From a virus: a DNA stretch of 64,000 nucleotides. The stretch is from positions 95,289 through 159,288 of IMG/VR virus record IMGVR_UViG_3300047170_000049; one strand, written 5' to 3'. Positions 38,484-48,030 of the stretch are shown here, in pieces (the first letter of the stretch is position 1; every line of letters starts with the position of its first letter). A model generated the notes under the pieces. It worked only from the letters and a program-made list of their open reading frames with translations. It was not told the DNA's origin and ran no database searches. The position numbers were made by a program, and so were the translations under genes.

Positions 38484-38630
38484 TATGAAAGTTGACGACC
38501 AACATCAAAAAGTACAAATCACCCTAACATTTGCAGAAGCTGAAAAACTCTGGGTTATTCTTGTTGACTCAATGGATGATACAAGTTTTGCCAAAAAATT
38601 GACTGACAAGCTTAATGAGTATTTGAACAC

Positions 38631-39026
38631 ATGAAAACCGTATTAGTTGTAGGGCGAAACCCTTCACAATTAAATACCGACCCAAGGATTCCCTTCATTG
38701 GTGCAAAGTGCCGCAAGACCCTTGCCCTATGGATTGGCGAGTTGCATGTTCCCTACCAGTTCCTGTTCGTAAATGCGATTGACGAAGTGGATGCGGTTTT
38801 CAATAGCGATACGATTCACGATGCCGCTTGCAAGCTTATTTGTGAGAAGTACGACGCTCAAGCCGATAAGGTTATTGTTTTAGGTAATGATGCTGAGAAG
38901 GCGGCTAAGGCTGCCAAGACGGATTACTTTAAGCTTCCACACCCAAGCGGTCGTAACCGCAAGCTGAACGATAAAAGATTCATCTCACGCGAACTTAAAA
39001 AGTGCAGGGAGTATTTAGTAAAATAA
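38631..39026 (+). CDS. uracil-DNA glycosylase-like protein
   Basis: VGRNPS, VIVLG, LPHPSGRNR. Confidence 0.75.
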   Translation: MKTVLVVGRNPSQLNTDPRIPFIGAKCRKTLALWIGELHVPYQFLFVNAIDEVDAVFNSDTIHDAACKLICEKYDAQADKVIVLGNDAEKAAKAAKTDYFKLPHPSGRNRKLNDKRFISRELKKCREYLVK

Positions 39027-39505
39027 TGGAATTAGTTCTTTATCCAAACCCGATTTTGAGCACCCCAACAGAACCTGTCACGGAGTTCAATGAAGAGCTT
39101 CATAAGGCTTTGGATGAGATGGTGCCCATAATGGACAAGCACGATGGTATTGGACTAAGCGCAAACCAAGTGGGCATCAGCAAAAGTTTTTTCATCATGC
39201 GCGACCTTAAAGGCAAGCTTTGGGAAATTATTAACCCCAAGATTGTCCGTGTAGATGGGGTCCAGTGCTCACTTAAGGAAGGATGCTTAAGCCTCCCTGG
39301 TGTTAAAGCTGAAATTCCTAGACCCGAACAGCTTACAATAGAGTTTCAAGACCGTAATGGATACGAGATGAAGATTGGTGCATGGGGCATTGAAGCCGTG
39401 TGCATCTCCCACGAGATAGACCATCTTTTAGGTATCTTCTTTATGGAAAAATTAAGCCGCCAAGCTAGAAGAGCGGCGTTAAGAGAGGCAGGAAAGAATG
39501 AGTAA
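39026..39505 (+). CDS. def: peptide deformylase
   Basis: GIGLSANQVG, EGCLS, HEIDHL.G; TAATG overlap start. Confidence 0.93.
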   Translation: MELVLYPNPILSTPTEPVTEFNEELHKALDEMVPIMDKHDGIGLSANQVGISKSFFIMRDLKGKLWEIINPKIVRVDGVQCSLKEGCLSLPGVKAEIPRPEQLTIEFQDRNGYEMKIGAWGIEAVCISHEIDHLLGIFFMEKLSRQARRAALREAGKNE

Positions 39506-39824
39506 AGACGCACATTATCACCCACACATTATTGGTGCTTTCAAGTCCACTGGTATGGAATACAACCAATGGGCCAAAGACTTCCACGCTTGGTTCATCA
39601 AAGACTTCATTCAAACTCACCCAAATATTGCCTTGGACTTTGATATGCAAGCTCACATGGCCGACATTGATGGAACGCAGCTTGAAGTGCTGGACGTGGT
39701 TGAGTTTAGCGAAGTTTTCACTTTGCACGTTTTAATTGAGCTTTACTACTCCACCAAGGGCTTAAGCACGGACACACCTCCAGATGAACCTAAAACCAAA
39801 AAGAACTTGAGGTTAATGCAATGA
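39498..39824 (+). CDS. hypothetical protein
   Basis: Coupled ORF. Confidence 0.55.
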   Translation: MSKDAHYHPHIIGAFKSTGMEYNQWAKDFHAWFIKDFIQTHPNIALDFDMQAHMADIDGTQLEVLDVVEFSEVFTLHVLIELYYSTKGLSTDTPPDEPKTKKNLRLMQ

Positions 39825-39878
39825 CAAAACCTAGCACTCCTACAAAAATATTGGTATTTAGCTACTTAGCCATTTTAA

Positions 39879-40205
39879 TTGGGTTTGCGTTTTATCTTTC
39901 ACATACGCAGCCTACCCAAGCAGAGGTTACAAGTGAGCATACTAAGTAAAACCGTAGTTGAAGCCATGAAAGCTGGCACGGACCTGGGCCTTATTCGCTC
40001 ACACGAGACCTTGCGTGCTGAAGTTGAGCGACTTACGGAGCTTAATGAGAAATTAGTGGCAGCGGCTAAATTGGGTTATGATGCGGCAGAAGGTCATATC
40101 CATGCGTTTGTTGAGACCCCAGAAGATAAGGCTGACTGCTTAGAAGAGATTGAGCCCATTAAACAAGTATTAAATGAGGTAAAACCAGATGGCGAAGAAT
40201 TATAA
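39879..40205 (+). CDS. hypothetical protein
   Basis: ORF, start uncertain. Confidence 0.45.
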   Translation: MGLRFIFHIRSLPKQRLQVSILSKTVVEAMKAGTDLGLIRSHETLRAEVERLTELNEKLVAAAKLGYDAAEGHIHAFVETPEDKADCLEEIEPIKQVLNEVKPDGEEL

Positions 40206-40512
40206 GCTTTACAACTTCTTAGTAAACACCTACGGCCTTTCCAAAGAGAAGGTCATGGAACACTTTGAAGCCCGTATTGAAGCTATCATTGAGAAATCTA
40301 TCCGTTCTAAAATTGATTCAGGCTATGTGCAAGATGCCATTCTCAATAAGATTGCTGCCATTTTTAAAGAAGGTGGGGATTCTAACCGCTCACCTTGGTA
40401 TCACAAGAAGACGTTTGATGACTTCCTTAAGCACACCGTGGAAGACGTAATTAAGAAGCACATTGAAGAAAAATATGAGTTTGCGGTTAAAACCAAGAAG
40501 GATAATGTATGA
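40189..40512 (+). CDS. hypothetical protein
   Basis: GAGG RBS. Confidence 0.6.
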   Translation: MAKNYKLYNFLVNTYGLSKEKVMEHFEARIEAIIEKSIRSKIDSGYVQDAILNKIAAIFKEGGDSNRSPWYHKKTFDDFLKHTVEDVIKKHIEEKYEFAVKTKKDNV

Positions 40513-40916
40513 AAAATAAAGCCAATCCAGGTACCAATCCATTTTTCTCTTTCATCTTAACACTGATGTTCTTTTCTAATATATTTTTACTCATAGGATA
40601 TCTGCAATTATCTTCAGAGGTTAAGCATTTGGAATTCGTTCAAGTGTCCATGTCGTCGTCTAAAGACGACAAGTCAGAACCACCGCAATCACCCGTACCA
40701 TTGTTTAAGACCTACCGTTTTAAATTTGGTCAAAAAGTACAAGTGGTTGGCTCTGGAAGTATTTTTGAGGCGTGCAAAGGGCGCATCACGGGTGTTCTTA
40801 ATTACTACGATACGGATGCACCAATATATCAACTTGACTTATACTCTTGTCCAAATGCCCCTAAAACCCTCCATGGTATTAGGTCAGGTGAAGAGTTCTT
40901 ACTTGAGGTTAATTGA
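40509..40916 (+). CDS. membrane-anchored SH3/KOW-like protein
   Basis: TM; FKFGQKV...C.G.I...YQL...C. Confidence 0.5.
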   Translation: MKNKANPGTNPFFSFILTLMFFSNIFLLIGYLQLSSEVKHLEFVQVSMSSSKDDKSEPPQSPVPLFKTYRFKFGQKVQVVGSGSIFEACKGRITGVLNYYDTDAPIYQLDLYSCPNAPKTLHGIRSGEEFLLEVN

Positions 40917-41194
40917 TGAAAAAGCTTTATGACAAAAAAGATAGAGAAATAAAAGAGTTTGATTTGATAAAGGTCTACCATTTTACTGACCGTCGTAACC
41001 GCAAGCGTTATATGTATAAATGGGTCAAAAGGGCCACGGCGGGTAAGTTAGAGGGCTGGGCTGCGTTTCATTTGAGCCACGACAATGGATTCTTTTGGCT
41101 AGCGGCTATTGCAGAAAACAATGGGGTCTTGCCTGATGTTGAAATTATTCAGCGCGGATGCAAAGACCAAACAGAAGATGACAGAAATATTTAA
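40913..41194 (+). CDS. hypothetical protein (YopX-like start)
   Basis: DKKDREIKEFDLI. Confidence 0.5.
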   Translation: MMKKLYDKKDREIKEFDLIKVYHFTDRRNRKRYMYKWVKRATAGKLEGWAAFHLSHDNGFFWLAAIAENNGVLPDVEIIQRGCKDQTEDDRNI

Positions 41195-41210
41195 GAATTT
41201 ACTCAACTTT

Positions 41211-41218
41211 GTGATATA
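41211..41218 (+). promoter_or_regulatory. GTGATATA promoter motif (class II)
   Basis: Intergenic. Confidence 0.5.
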
Positions 41219-41226
41219 GAGGTCTT

Positions 41227-41433
41227 ATGAATACTATCAAAATAGTCATTTTTACCTTAGCTCTAATTGGAACGCTTTTCACCATGAAAACGCTTCACCA
41301 AAGGGCTGAGAGGGCTAAAGTTTTGAACGAGGCAAAGGCTTGCGTAGAAATCCAAATCCAGTTTTGTAAGATGCTGGAAGAACCTAGATGGTGTGACTTT
41401 GATAACATCATCAGCATGTGTAGCCAACAATGA
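41227..41433 (+). CDS. small membrane protein with four Cys
   Basis: N-terminal TM. Confidence 0.55.
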   Translation: MNTIKIVIFTLALIGTLFTMKTLHQRAERAKVLNEAKACVEIQIQFCKMLEEPRWCDFDNIISMCSQQ

Positions 41434-41705
41434 AGATAGACTTTCTTTACGCATTTGTCGCGGGTTGTTTTTGTACAGCATTCTTGGGATGCTTGAGCTT
41501 CTCAAGTGCGTTGCCTCAGTTTCATTACGGTGACCGCGTGAGCTTCACCCACCGTGACCCATTTTACGTTAAATGTACGGGTGTGATTTACAGTCACAAC
41601 CATTCCGACACTTACCAACTTACAGATGTTCAATGCAATGGCAAGTCAGTAGATGGAAGTTACTTCATTGATTCTGCCAAAGCTTTAAAGAAGGTAATGC
41701 AATGA
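41430..41705 (+). CDS. membrane-anchored or exported SH3/KOW-like protein
   Basis: Hydrophobic N-terminus; FHYGDRV...C.G.I...YQL...C, paralogue of 40509. Confidence 0.5.
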   Translation: MKIDFLYAFVAGCFCTAFLGCLSFSSALPQFHYGDRVSFTHRDPFYVKCTGVIYSHNHSDTYQLTDVQCNGKSVDGSYFIDSAKALKKVMQ

Positions 41706-41917
41706 CCTACGCCCTTTACGACACTGAAACAGAAGCCTATTTAAAACGGTTCAACGTGTATAGCGATGCGCTTCTCTATATGGCTGAAAACAAAGATGAA
41801 ATTCTTAAGTTTGAATCTAACGAAGCGGCCACTGAACACCTAGCCTTATTAAAGGCTTTTCATAAGAAGCACGATAAATCATGGATGGTGGATACTTTTG
41901 AGGTTCGCGAGGTCTAA
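41702..41917 (+). CDS. hypothetical protein
   Basis: ATGA-coupled ORF. Confidence 0.55.
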   Translation: MTYALYDTETEAYLKRFNVYSDALLYMAENKDEILKFESNEAATEHLALLKAFHKKHDKSWMVDTFEVREV

Positions 41918-42241
41918 ATGATTAACGTAACCGAGGATGCAATACGACAAATTGAATACTTGATGCGTTCAGAAGGGAAGACTGATTGGTCCCTTAGAGT
42001 AGCGTGTCAGGCAGGCGGCTGCAGTGGATATATGTACAAGCTTTCTTTTGCAGAGCTTCCCAATGAAGATGACCACATATTTATTAACGAAGGTGGTCTT
42101 AGCATCTTTGTAGATAAGAAGAGCCTTAAGCTTTTAGAGGGCGTTGTCCTTGACTATACCGATGGTCTCGATGGCGCTGGCTTTGAGTTTCAAAACCCAA
42201 ATGCAACCCAAAGCTGTGGTTGCGGAAAGAGTTTCAGATGA
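41918..42241 (+). CDS. iscA: A-type Fe-S carrier (IscA/ErpA/HesB)
   Basis: GGCSG, LDY, F.NPNA..SCGCGKSF. Confidence 0.92.
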   Translation: MINVTEDAIRQIEYLMRSEGKTDWSLRVACQAGGCSGYMYKLSFAELPNEDDHIFINEGGLSIFVDKKSLKLLEGVVLDYTDGLDGAGFEFQNPNATQSCGCGKSFR

Positions 42242-42627
42242 CACGTCAAACAAGCATTGATGCCTATAATTTAATAGTGGCAAGCGGTTCAATTACTGGT
42301 CGTAGATTAGAGGTTTATAACATTATTTATAACGGCGGTTCTCTTACTGCCGCTGAAATTGGCAAAGCCATGGGTTCTTATACCACGGCATTACATACAG
42401 CAATTAGAAACATACACGCTAGATTAACCGAATTGCGAGATATGGGTGCAATTTACGAAAAATCATTGAGAGTTTGTACCGTAACTGGAAAGACAGTAAT
42501 TGAATGGGCCATAACTGGCGATATGCCACAAAAGCTTCCTAAAAGAAAAACTAAAACTCAAATAATAAATGAACTTACTGCGAAAGTATTGGCGTTAGAA
42601 ACTAAGTTAAATAGCCTAGGTGCTTAA
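42220..42627 (+). CDS. winged-helix DNA-binding protein
   Basis: TSIDAY, LTAAEI, ARLTELRDMG; start likely ATG 42238. Confidence 0.55.
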   Translation: MRKEFQMTRQTSIDAYNLIVASGSITGRRLEVYNIIYNGGSLTAAEIGKAMGSYTTALHTAIRNIHARLTELRDMGAIYEKSLRVCTVTGKTVIEWAITGDMPQKLPKRKTKTQIINELTAKVLALETKLNSLGA

Positions 42628-43166
42628 TGGGCAAAATTAAAGATTTAACGGTGGACTCTCATGACGTTGCAGACGCAATTCGTGATGCCTTCAACTTTGG
42701 CAATAGATACTCACGCTCTGACCGTTCTGGTCCTGGGCCTTACACATTAAAACCTGGTGAAGAAAAACTTAAATACGACGAAGGCGCTATTCTCTGTATT
42801 AAACACTATGACGAAGAACAGTTTGTTCAAATCGGCAATGAGTATATGTACAGCGGTAGCCACAAGACAATTCAATACCGCGCATGGTCTTTTAAAACCC
42901 AATGCTGGGAATGGATTTGCTTGAATGATGAAGATATTGTTTCAAGTACAGATGTGAGACTTGCCACGCCCGATGAAGCTAACTTAGTTAAGAATTTATT
43001 TGAGCCAAGGCCAGAAGCTAAAGGCGTAATTACCTTAAACGATAGCTCAGGTTTTATGGATGGAATGGAAGTGACGGTTACTGGCCTCAATGGAGTAATT
43101 GAAGCTACGGTAAAGCTTGAAGGCAGTTCTGTTGAATTTATTCCGATTGATATTAAGATTACTTAA
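42627..43166 (+). CDS. hypothetical protein
   Basis: Internal RLATPDEANLVKNLFE, like the family tail. Confidence 0.55.
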   Translation: MGKIKDLTVDSHDVADAIRDAFNFGNRYSRSDRSGPGPYTLKPGEEKLKYDEGAILCIKHYDEEQFVQIGNEYMYSGSHKTIQYRAWSFKTQCWEWICLNDEDIVSSTDVRLATPDEANLVKNLFEPRPEAKGVITLNDSSGFMDGMEVTVTGLNGVIEATVKLEGSSVEFIPIDIKIT

Positions 43167-43329
43167 CTAGCTTAAGATGTCTTCGACGGTGCAATTTCTT
43201 TGCACGCTTGACGTGTTGTCTAGACCACATACCCATCATCAAACCGATACCAACTAAAGTACCGACAATGATTGTACCATAGATAATGGCCAGAACCGTG
43301 TATGCGAATGAATTAGGTATCGTAGGCAT
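43159..43329 (-). CDS. small single-TM protein (holin/antiholin-like candidate)
   Basis: TM plus basic tail, overlapping the peptidase gene end. Confidence 0.4.
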   Translation of the reverse strand: MPTIPNSFAYTVLAIIYGTIIVGTLVGIGLMMGMWSRQHVKRAKKLHRRRHLKLVK

Positions 43330-43759
43330 GGTCGTATTGTCCGTCCCAGTTTGAAGGTGCAGGTGCAGGGGAAGAGTTAGGCACGAAGATGCGATGACCT
43401 GACTTAGGCCCACCTAACTGAAAGTGTACCCATGTTGGAGTCCAGCGCCTATCTTCGCAGTAAATATTTAGGGATTGTAAAAGTTCAAGATTATTAATAA
43501 CCCAAGTCCACAAATCCCCGCTGGTATCGGATATGTCACAAGCAAGCCCTTCCATGTGTTTAGAGCCTGGTGCGCCACCAGCGGCAGCATTGACTGCAGG
43601 TGGACGCCAACCGCTGTTCACGGTCATGGGGTTACCCCACGCGGTTCTTATTTGGTTTAAAGGCACAAGTAGGCTATCGAGATTATCACTAATCTCTTGC
43701 GTATAATCGCTAGCGTAACTTTGGTCTCTTCCCATTAAGAGTTCGGCTTTGGAAATCAT
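43313..43759 (-). CDS. peptidase M15A family (probable endolysin)
   Basis: NSGWR, SKH..G.ACD, WVH. Confidence 0.8.
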   Translation of the reverse strand: MISKAELLMGRDQSYASDYTQEISDNLDSLLVPLNQIRTAWGNPMTVNSGWRPPAVNAAAGGAPGSKHMEGLACDISDTSGDLWTWVINNLELLQSLNIYCEDRRWTPTWVHFQLGGPKSGHRIFVPNSSPAPAPSNWDGQYDHAYDT

Positions 43760-44190
43760 TAGTTAATACGAATAAAGAAGTTAATGACAGTTGACTTAGC
43801 GTTTGTTTCACCAGCACCAGCATAGTCAGTAGTGTTATAACCAGGTGATGTGTTAACACCTGCAGAACTACCACCAGCGCCACCAGCTACGTCACGAAAT
43901 TGAGTTGTGAACAATGGGTGATAATGGCTTGCGAATTGGTCGGCTTCATATGTACCGAGTGGCATATCACCATAAGAGTCTTTACCAGCGGCGTTGTCTT
44001 TCATACGAGAGACTGTTGCACGCATATCAGGCAATGTGGTTGAACCAAATAAAATAGCGAAAGCAGAGCCTGTGACATCACGTCCGTCGGCCAGTACCCA
44101 ATTCGTGCCATAAATAGCTTGGAATTGAGCTTCAGTTAAGAATGCCTCTTTCTTTTCGCCAATAATAGAACCGTAACTTGTTTGTGCCAT
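43759..44190 (-). CDS. tail collar domain protein
   Basis: WVLADGR, LPDMR, QFASHYH, ET.......FFIRIN. Confidence 0.75.
   Translation of the reverse strand: MAQTSYGSIIGEKKEAFLTEAQFQAIYGTNWVLADGRDVTGSAFAILFGSTTLPDMRATVSRMKDNAAGKDSYGDMPLGTYEADQFASHYHPLFTTQFRDVAGGAGGSSAGVNTSPGYNTTDYAGAGETNAKSTVINFFIRIN
43772..43810. repeat. 39-bp near-identical repeat, second copy at 44669-44707
   Basis: ATAAAGAAGTT(A/C)ATGACAGTTGACTTAGCGTTTGTTTCA, 38 of 39 identical, at the 3' ends of two collar genes. Confidence 0.85.
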
Positions 44191-44192
44191 AA

Positions 44193-44654
44193 TTACCTCT
44201 TAACCGCGTACAATCTTACATACGAATATTCATTGTTATTTGTAGAAGAGTTGTTATTTTGCACGGCTGTAGTGTAGACATGCGTGCCAGCGGTTGGTGT
44301 ATCAATAAATCTAAATGAATTAAGTGGTGGTGCCATCTGTCTAGCCGAACCACTGATATCAACCATCGACCACGGTTGTGTGGATATTGCAACACCGTCA
44401 CGATAGAATATAACCGAACTGTTTAAAGCGTTCGTATTACTTCTACCATCAGAGTTGACAAGACCGCCTGGATTATTTTGGTCATCTGATAATCCAATTT
44501 CTACTGGGCTACCATCACAAATCACACTAACTTGGATTGGATTTACTCCACCAGAGTCTAGCATTATGGATGTGCCAGGAGGTACTTGGATTCCCAAGCC
44601 CGTGGTTAATGAGAATATTGTTTTTTCCTTATGTACGCCTGCTATTGATGCCAT
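44193..44654 (-). CDS. tail-associated beta-sandwich protein
   Basis: D.P..GTH.Y module also present in 48031-50640. Confidence 0.6.
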   Translation of the reverse strand: MASIAGVHKEKTIFSLTTGLGIQVPPGTSIMLDSGGVNPIQVSVICDGSPVEIGLSDDQNNPGGLVNSDGRSNTNALNSSVIFYRDGVAISTQPWSMVDISGSARQMAPPLNSFRFIDTPTAGTHVYTTAVQNNNSSTNNNEYSYVRLYAVKR

Positions 44655-44655
44655 A

Positions 44656-45426
44656 TTAGTTAATCCTGATAAAGAAGTTCATGACAGTTGACTTAGCGTT
44701 TGTTTCAGTACCGCCTGCATAGTCTGACTGAATCGTGCCAATTCGACCACTAGCGAAAGCCGCTGATGTTCCAGGGTTTGTATTGTTAACGTTTGGAACG
44801 CCGTGGTTGTGGCTTGCGAATTGGTCAGGTTGATACGTCCCTAAAGCTTGGTCACCATGAGGGTCTAAGCCCTTTCCATTGTCTTTCATACGAGGAACTG
44901 TACCGCGCATATCAGGCAATAGATTAGAACCAAATAGAGTTGCGAACGCAGACCCAGTAACATCTCTACCGTCACATAATACCCAGTTTAATCCAGCTTG
45001 TGCTTGGAATTGAGATTCAGTTAAGAATGCAGATTTTGTTTCACCTATAATAGTGTTTTGATTAATCTGCGCTTGGAGGTTAGAAAGGTTAGGGCTAATC
45101 TCCGTGGCCACGCCAAGGTTTAAAGCCAAGATGGGCATTACGGCTGCAGGGGTTAAGGTTAGTGTGATAGTTGAAGAAGACCCGTAACCGTTTATGTTCG
45201 TAAATTCATAATCATCTGGCTCATTCAAAAGAATGCCGTTGATGTATAAAAAGAAGTTAGTCTTGTTTGATTGGTCTACACTGAATGGTAACATGATATT
45301 GACGTTGCCAATACCAGTCTCACCAGGGAATCGGTTGGTTACGATTTGACGTAAAGGCAAACGAATGTCAGAATTCGTGGGCTGTTTTACGTTTGCGTAG
45401 TCATTTAACTGATTTAATTTTGCCAT
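44656..45426 (-). CDS. tail fibre protein with collar domain
   Basis: YINGILL.E..DY module; WVLCDGR, LPDMRG, QFASHNH. Confidence 0.75.
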   Translation of the reverse strand: MAKLNQLNDYANVKQPTNSDIRLPLRQIVTNRFPGETGIGNVNIMLPFSVDQSNKTNFFLYINGILLNEPDDYEFTNINGYGSSSTITLTLTPAAVMPILALNLGVATEISPNLSNLQAQINQNTIIGETKSAFLTESQFQAQAGLNWVLCDGRDVTGSAFATLFGSNLLPDMRGTVPRMKDNGKGLDPHGDQALGTYQPDQFASHNHGVPNVNNTNPGTSAAFASGRIGTIQSDYAGGTETNAKSTVMNFFIRIN

Positions 45427-45435
45427 ATTTGCCTC

Positions 45436-48018
45436 TTAAAAATCTGACTCTGCAGTCCATTGGAATTCTATAGCTTCACTTGCGTTTGCACTTGGAACGT
45501 CACAACGGTTAAAACCGCTCTTACTGAAAAACCCGATAGTAGCGGCTCCGCTACCACCGTTATTTTGATTGTAGGCTTGGTTGATTGTGCCAGTGATGGA
45601 ATTATAAGGCGTCATAACTGGAGTGTTAGCCTTATATTGCTTAAAGGGCACTATTCCTAAACCAACTAGAGTAGTTGAAGACCTAATTCTGAATTCGGCA
45701 GCGCCGTTCTCGGTTATAGACCCAGGAATGGTATCTAATTCATAGCTCTTTTCATAATATCTTAAGCATCGAGCAATATGTTCGTCGCTTGACTGTCTAC
45801 GATAAGGTAGGAGTGATGCGCCGAAGTTTGCTTGCATTCCAGTTAACTCAAGTAAGTTACCAGGTGCTTGTGATGCGGTTGAGTGAACGAAGAACACTAA
45901 GTTCTGGCAGCCTTCGCCTACAATCGCAGTTACTTCACCGTAACTGAATGTAGAATTTAAAGTCATCGTGGCGGTGCCGTAAACCGTGTAGTTGGTAGCG
46001 AATGTGGGACTTGAAGCCCATGAGCTTACTAAGTTTGTAGTAGGAGCATCAGCGGTTCCTTCCCAACCTAATACCGTAATACGAATTTGATTTACGGTAG
46101 AATTGGAAGATTTAGCACTAACACCAAAAGTTATTAATTGCCCTTGTAGAGCAACGCTTTCACTAGCTTCTTTAAATTGAGCGTGTCCAAAGAAACCAGC
46201 CGAGGTAGCAACGTTACTTTGCATAGCCGTGTAAAAACCTGGAGCATTAGCTGCAACACGCTTAACAGTAACACCTGCAGAAGAGCATTGAAGCTTCCAG
46301 CGGTCTGCACCGTACACATTATTAGTTACGATTGTCCCGTTAACTGGGTCAATACGTTGCATGAGATACCCTTCTGGGTTATCCACTAAGTTAAGATTAG
46401 CGTTGGCTTGGATTTGAGCAATGTTTGTAGTGTTCTGGTCGCTTGAATCAATAACACCAACGCGTTGTAGAATCTTTAGGGACTTATTAAGACCAGAGTA
46501 GTCTGAGTCCAATAAGATTCTGTGAGCATCTACTTCTTGATATGAAGCGAATGGGGTAGTGGTAGCGTCTACGAAACGGTCGATAATTTGACCATCAATA
46601 TAAACGTCCAATTGACCTTGAGCTAATCCAGGATTAAGTCCAACACTGTAGACGAACCCGTTTGTTAGAGTGACTAAGGTTTTTCCACCTAACACTGAAA
46701 GGGTACAATTTTGTTGCGTACCGCTTGAGTTTAAGTTGGCATAAGCTTGATTAAGGAGTTCGCCTTGTTCTTCGCCAGCTTCTTTATGGAAGTAGGCTTT
46801 GTAATTTAATACGTTACAAAAGCCACTACCTGAAGTTGCGTTAGAGAAGAAGCGAATATACATATTCGTGCCTGATGTAGGCAGAATGGTCGAAAAGAGT
46901 TCGTCGGTTAGATTTTGTGGACGCTCTTGAACGATTGAATAATTCGTTCCATCACTTGAGGCAGTGAATGCCACGTTAGGTATAACACCTAAAGACTGTT
47001 CGGCGTTATTTAAAACGTTGTTATCAGTGTAAGCCACTAATACTTCAGAAATAGTTCCAGGTAAAGCCGCTGAAATGGCAAGTTCACCAGTTGGAGCGAA
47101 GTTATTAATGTCTCGTGTGTAAAGAACTTGAGATACGGTACAAGGTGAAGCCGAAGGGTCTACGCTAAATGCAGACTCTAAGGTGTATGATGTTTGTGAG
47201 TTTAAGGTAGAAATCCTACGAGCTTCTGAGCCTACGCGAACGATGTCACCTAATGAAACCGTGTACGAAGGTGCGGCACTCAAGGTGACGTTAATGCCAG
47301 TACCAGTTAAGGTCTTGCTTGCGTCATATGTGAGCTTCCATAAACGGTGAACGACCGAGTAATTGCTTGGTTGAGTGAACCCAGAGTTAGTATTAACTGG
47401 ATTATTAGTTCCAGGAAGGTTAAAGAAACCATCTTGAAAGTCAGCTAAGAATGTAAGGTCAGTTAAATCATCGCCTGTGAGTGATGTTTCTGGAGCACCA
47501 GTTGCACCTAAGCGAACCGTTTGACCAGCGTTAACGGCAGAACCGTCTAAGAAATATAAGCGTGAAGTACCGTCGGTCGCATCTCTACGTTTAGCTATTA
47601 AGAATACTTCGTAGTTAGGAGCTACAACGGCAGGAAGTGTAGTTTGATTATCTAATACTACTGCAGTTGCTGCAGTGCGATTGATAATGGCATAAATCAT
47701 GTCGCCATCAGCATTAACATTGAAGGGACCAGGACCTAAGTCGATAAGGGTAGGTGCTCCACCAGCAATCTTGGAGTTGATTTCGATTTTTAAATCTTCG
47801 GTCATCGTAAGCTGTGAGCCGTCGTATGTTAAGAGACCACCTTGAGTAAGGAATAAGTTCCTATCCTCATAACGTTTAGCTATCAAAGCATCAGCATCGG
47901 TGAGAGTAGACTGTAAAGACTCTCTTACGTCATTACCTATAAATGGTAATACGCTTTCGACCGCAACTTCACTTGCTTGTGGATTACCTAAATTGTTTGA
48001 AATATCTGTTGGTGCCAT
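45436..48018 (-). CDS. tail fibre / virion structural protein
   Basis: YGADRW...E..RCLRYYEKSY module typical of fibre proteins. Confidence 0.7.
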   Translation of the reverse strand: MAPTDISNNLGNPQASEVAVESVLPFIGNDVRESLQSTLTDADALIAKRYEDRNLFLTQGGLLTYDGSQLTMTEDLKIEINSKIAGGAPTLIDLGPGPFNVNADGDMIYAIINRTAATAVVLDNQTTLPAVVAPNYEVFLIAKRRDATDGTSRLYFLDGSAVNAGQTVRLGATGAPETSLTGDDLTDLTFLADFQDGFFNLPGTNNPVNTNSGFTQPSNYSVVHRLWKLTYDASKTLTGTGINVTLSAAPSYTVSLGDIVRVGSEARRISTLNSQTSYTLESAFSVDPSASPCTVSQVLYTRDINNFAPTGELAISAALPGTISEVLVAYTDNNVLNNAEQSLGVIPNVAFTASSDGTNYSIVQERPQNLTDELFSTILPTSGTNMYIRFFSNATSGSGFCNVLNYKAYFHKEAGEEQGELLNQAYANLNSSGTQQNCTLSVLGGKTLVTLTNGFVYSVGLNPGLAQGQLDVYIDGQIIDRFVDATTTPFASYQEVDAHRILLDSDYSGLNKSLKILQRVGVIDSSDQNTTNIAQIQANANLNLVDNPEGYLMQRIDPVNGTIVTNNVYGADRWKLQCSSAGVTVKRVAANAPGFYTAMQSNVATSAGFFGHAQFKEASESVALQGQLITFGVSAKSSNSTVNQIRITVLGWEGTADAPTTNLVSSWASSPTFATNYTVYGTATMTLNSTFSYGEVTAIVGEGCQNLVFFVHSTASQAPGNLLELTGMQANFGASLLPYRRQSSDEHIARCLRYYEKSYELDTIPGSITENGAAEFRIRSSTTLVGLGIVPFKQYKANTPVMTPYNSITGTINQAYNQNNGGSGAATIGFFSKSGFNRCDVPSANASEAIEFQWTAESDF

Positions 48019-48030
48019 TTATGCCTCTTT

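Noticed and set aside
43772-44707. Duplicated 3' ends of collar genes as a DGR template/variable repeat
   Set aside because: Differences are not adenine-specific, both copies are coding, and no reverse transcriptase is in the window
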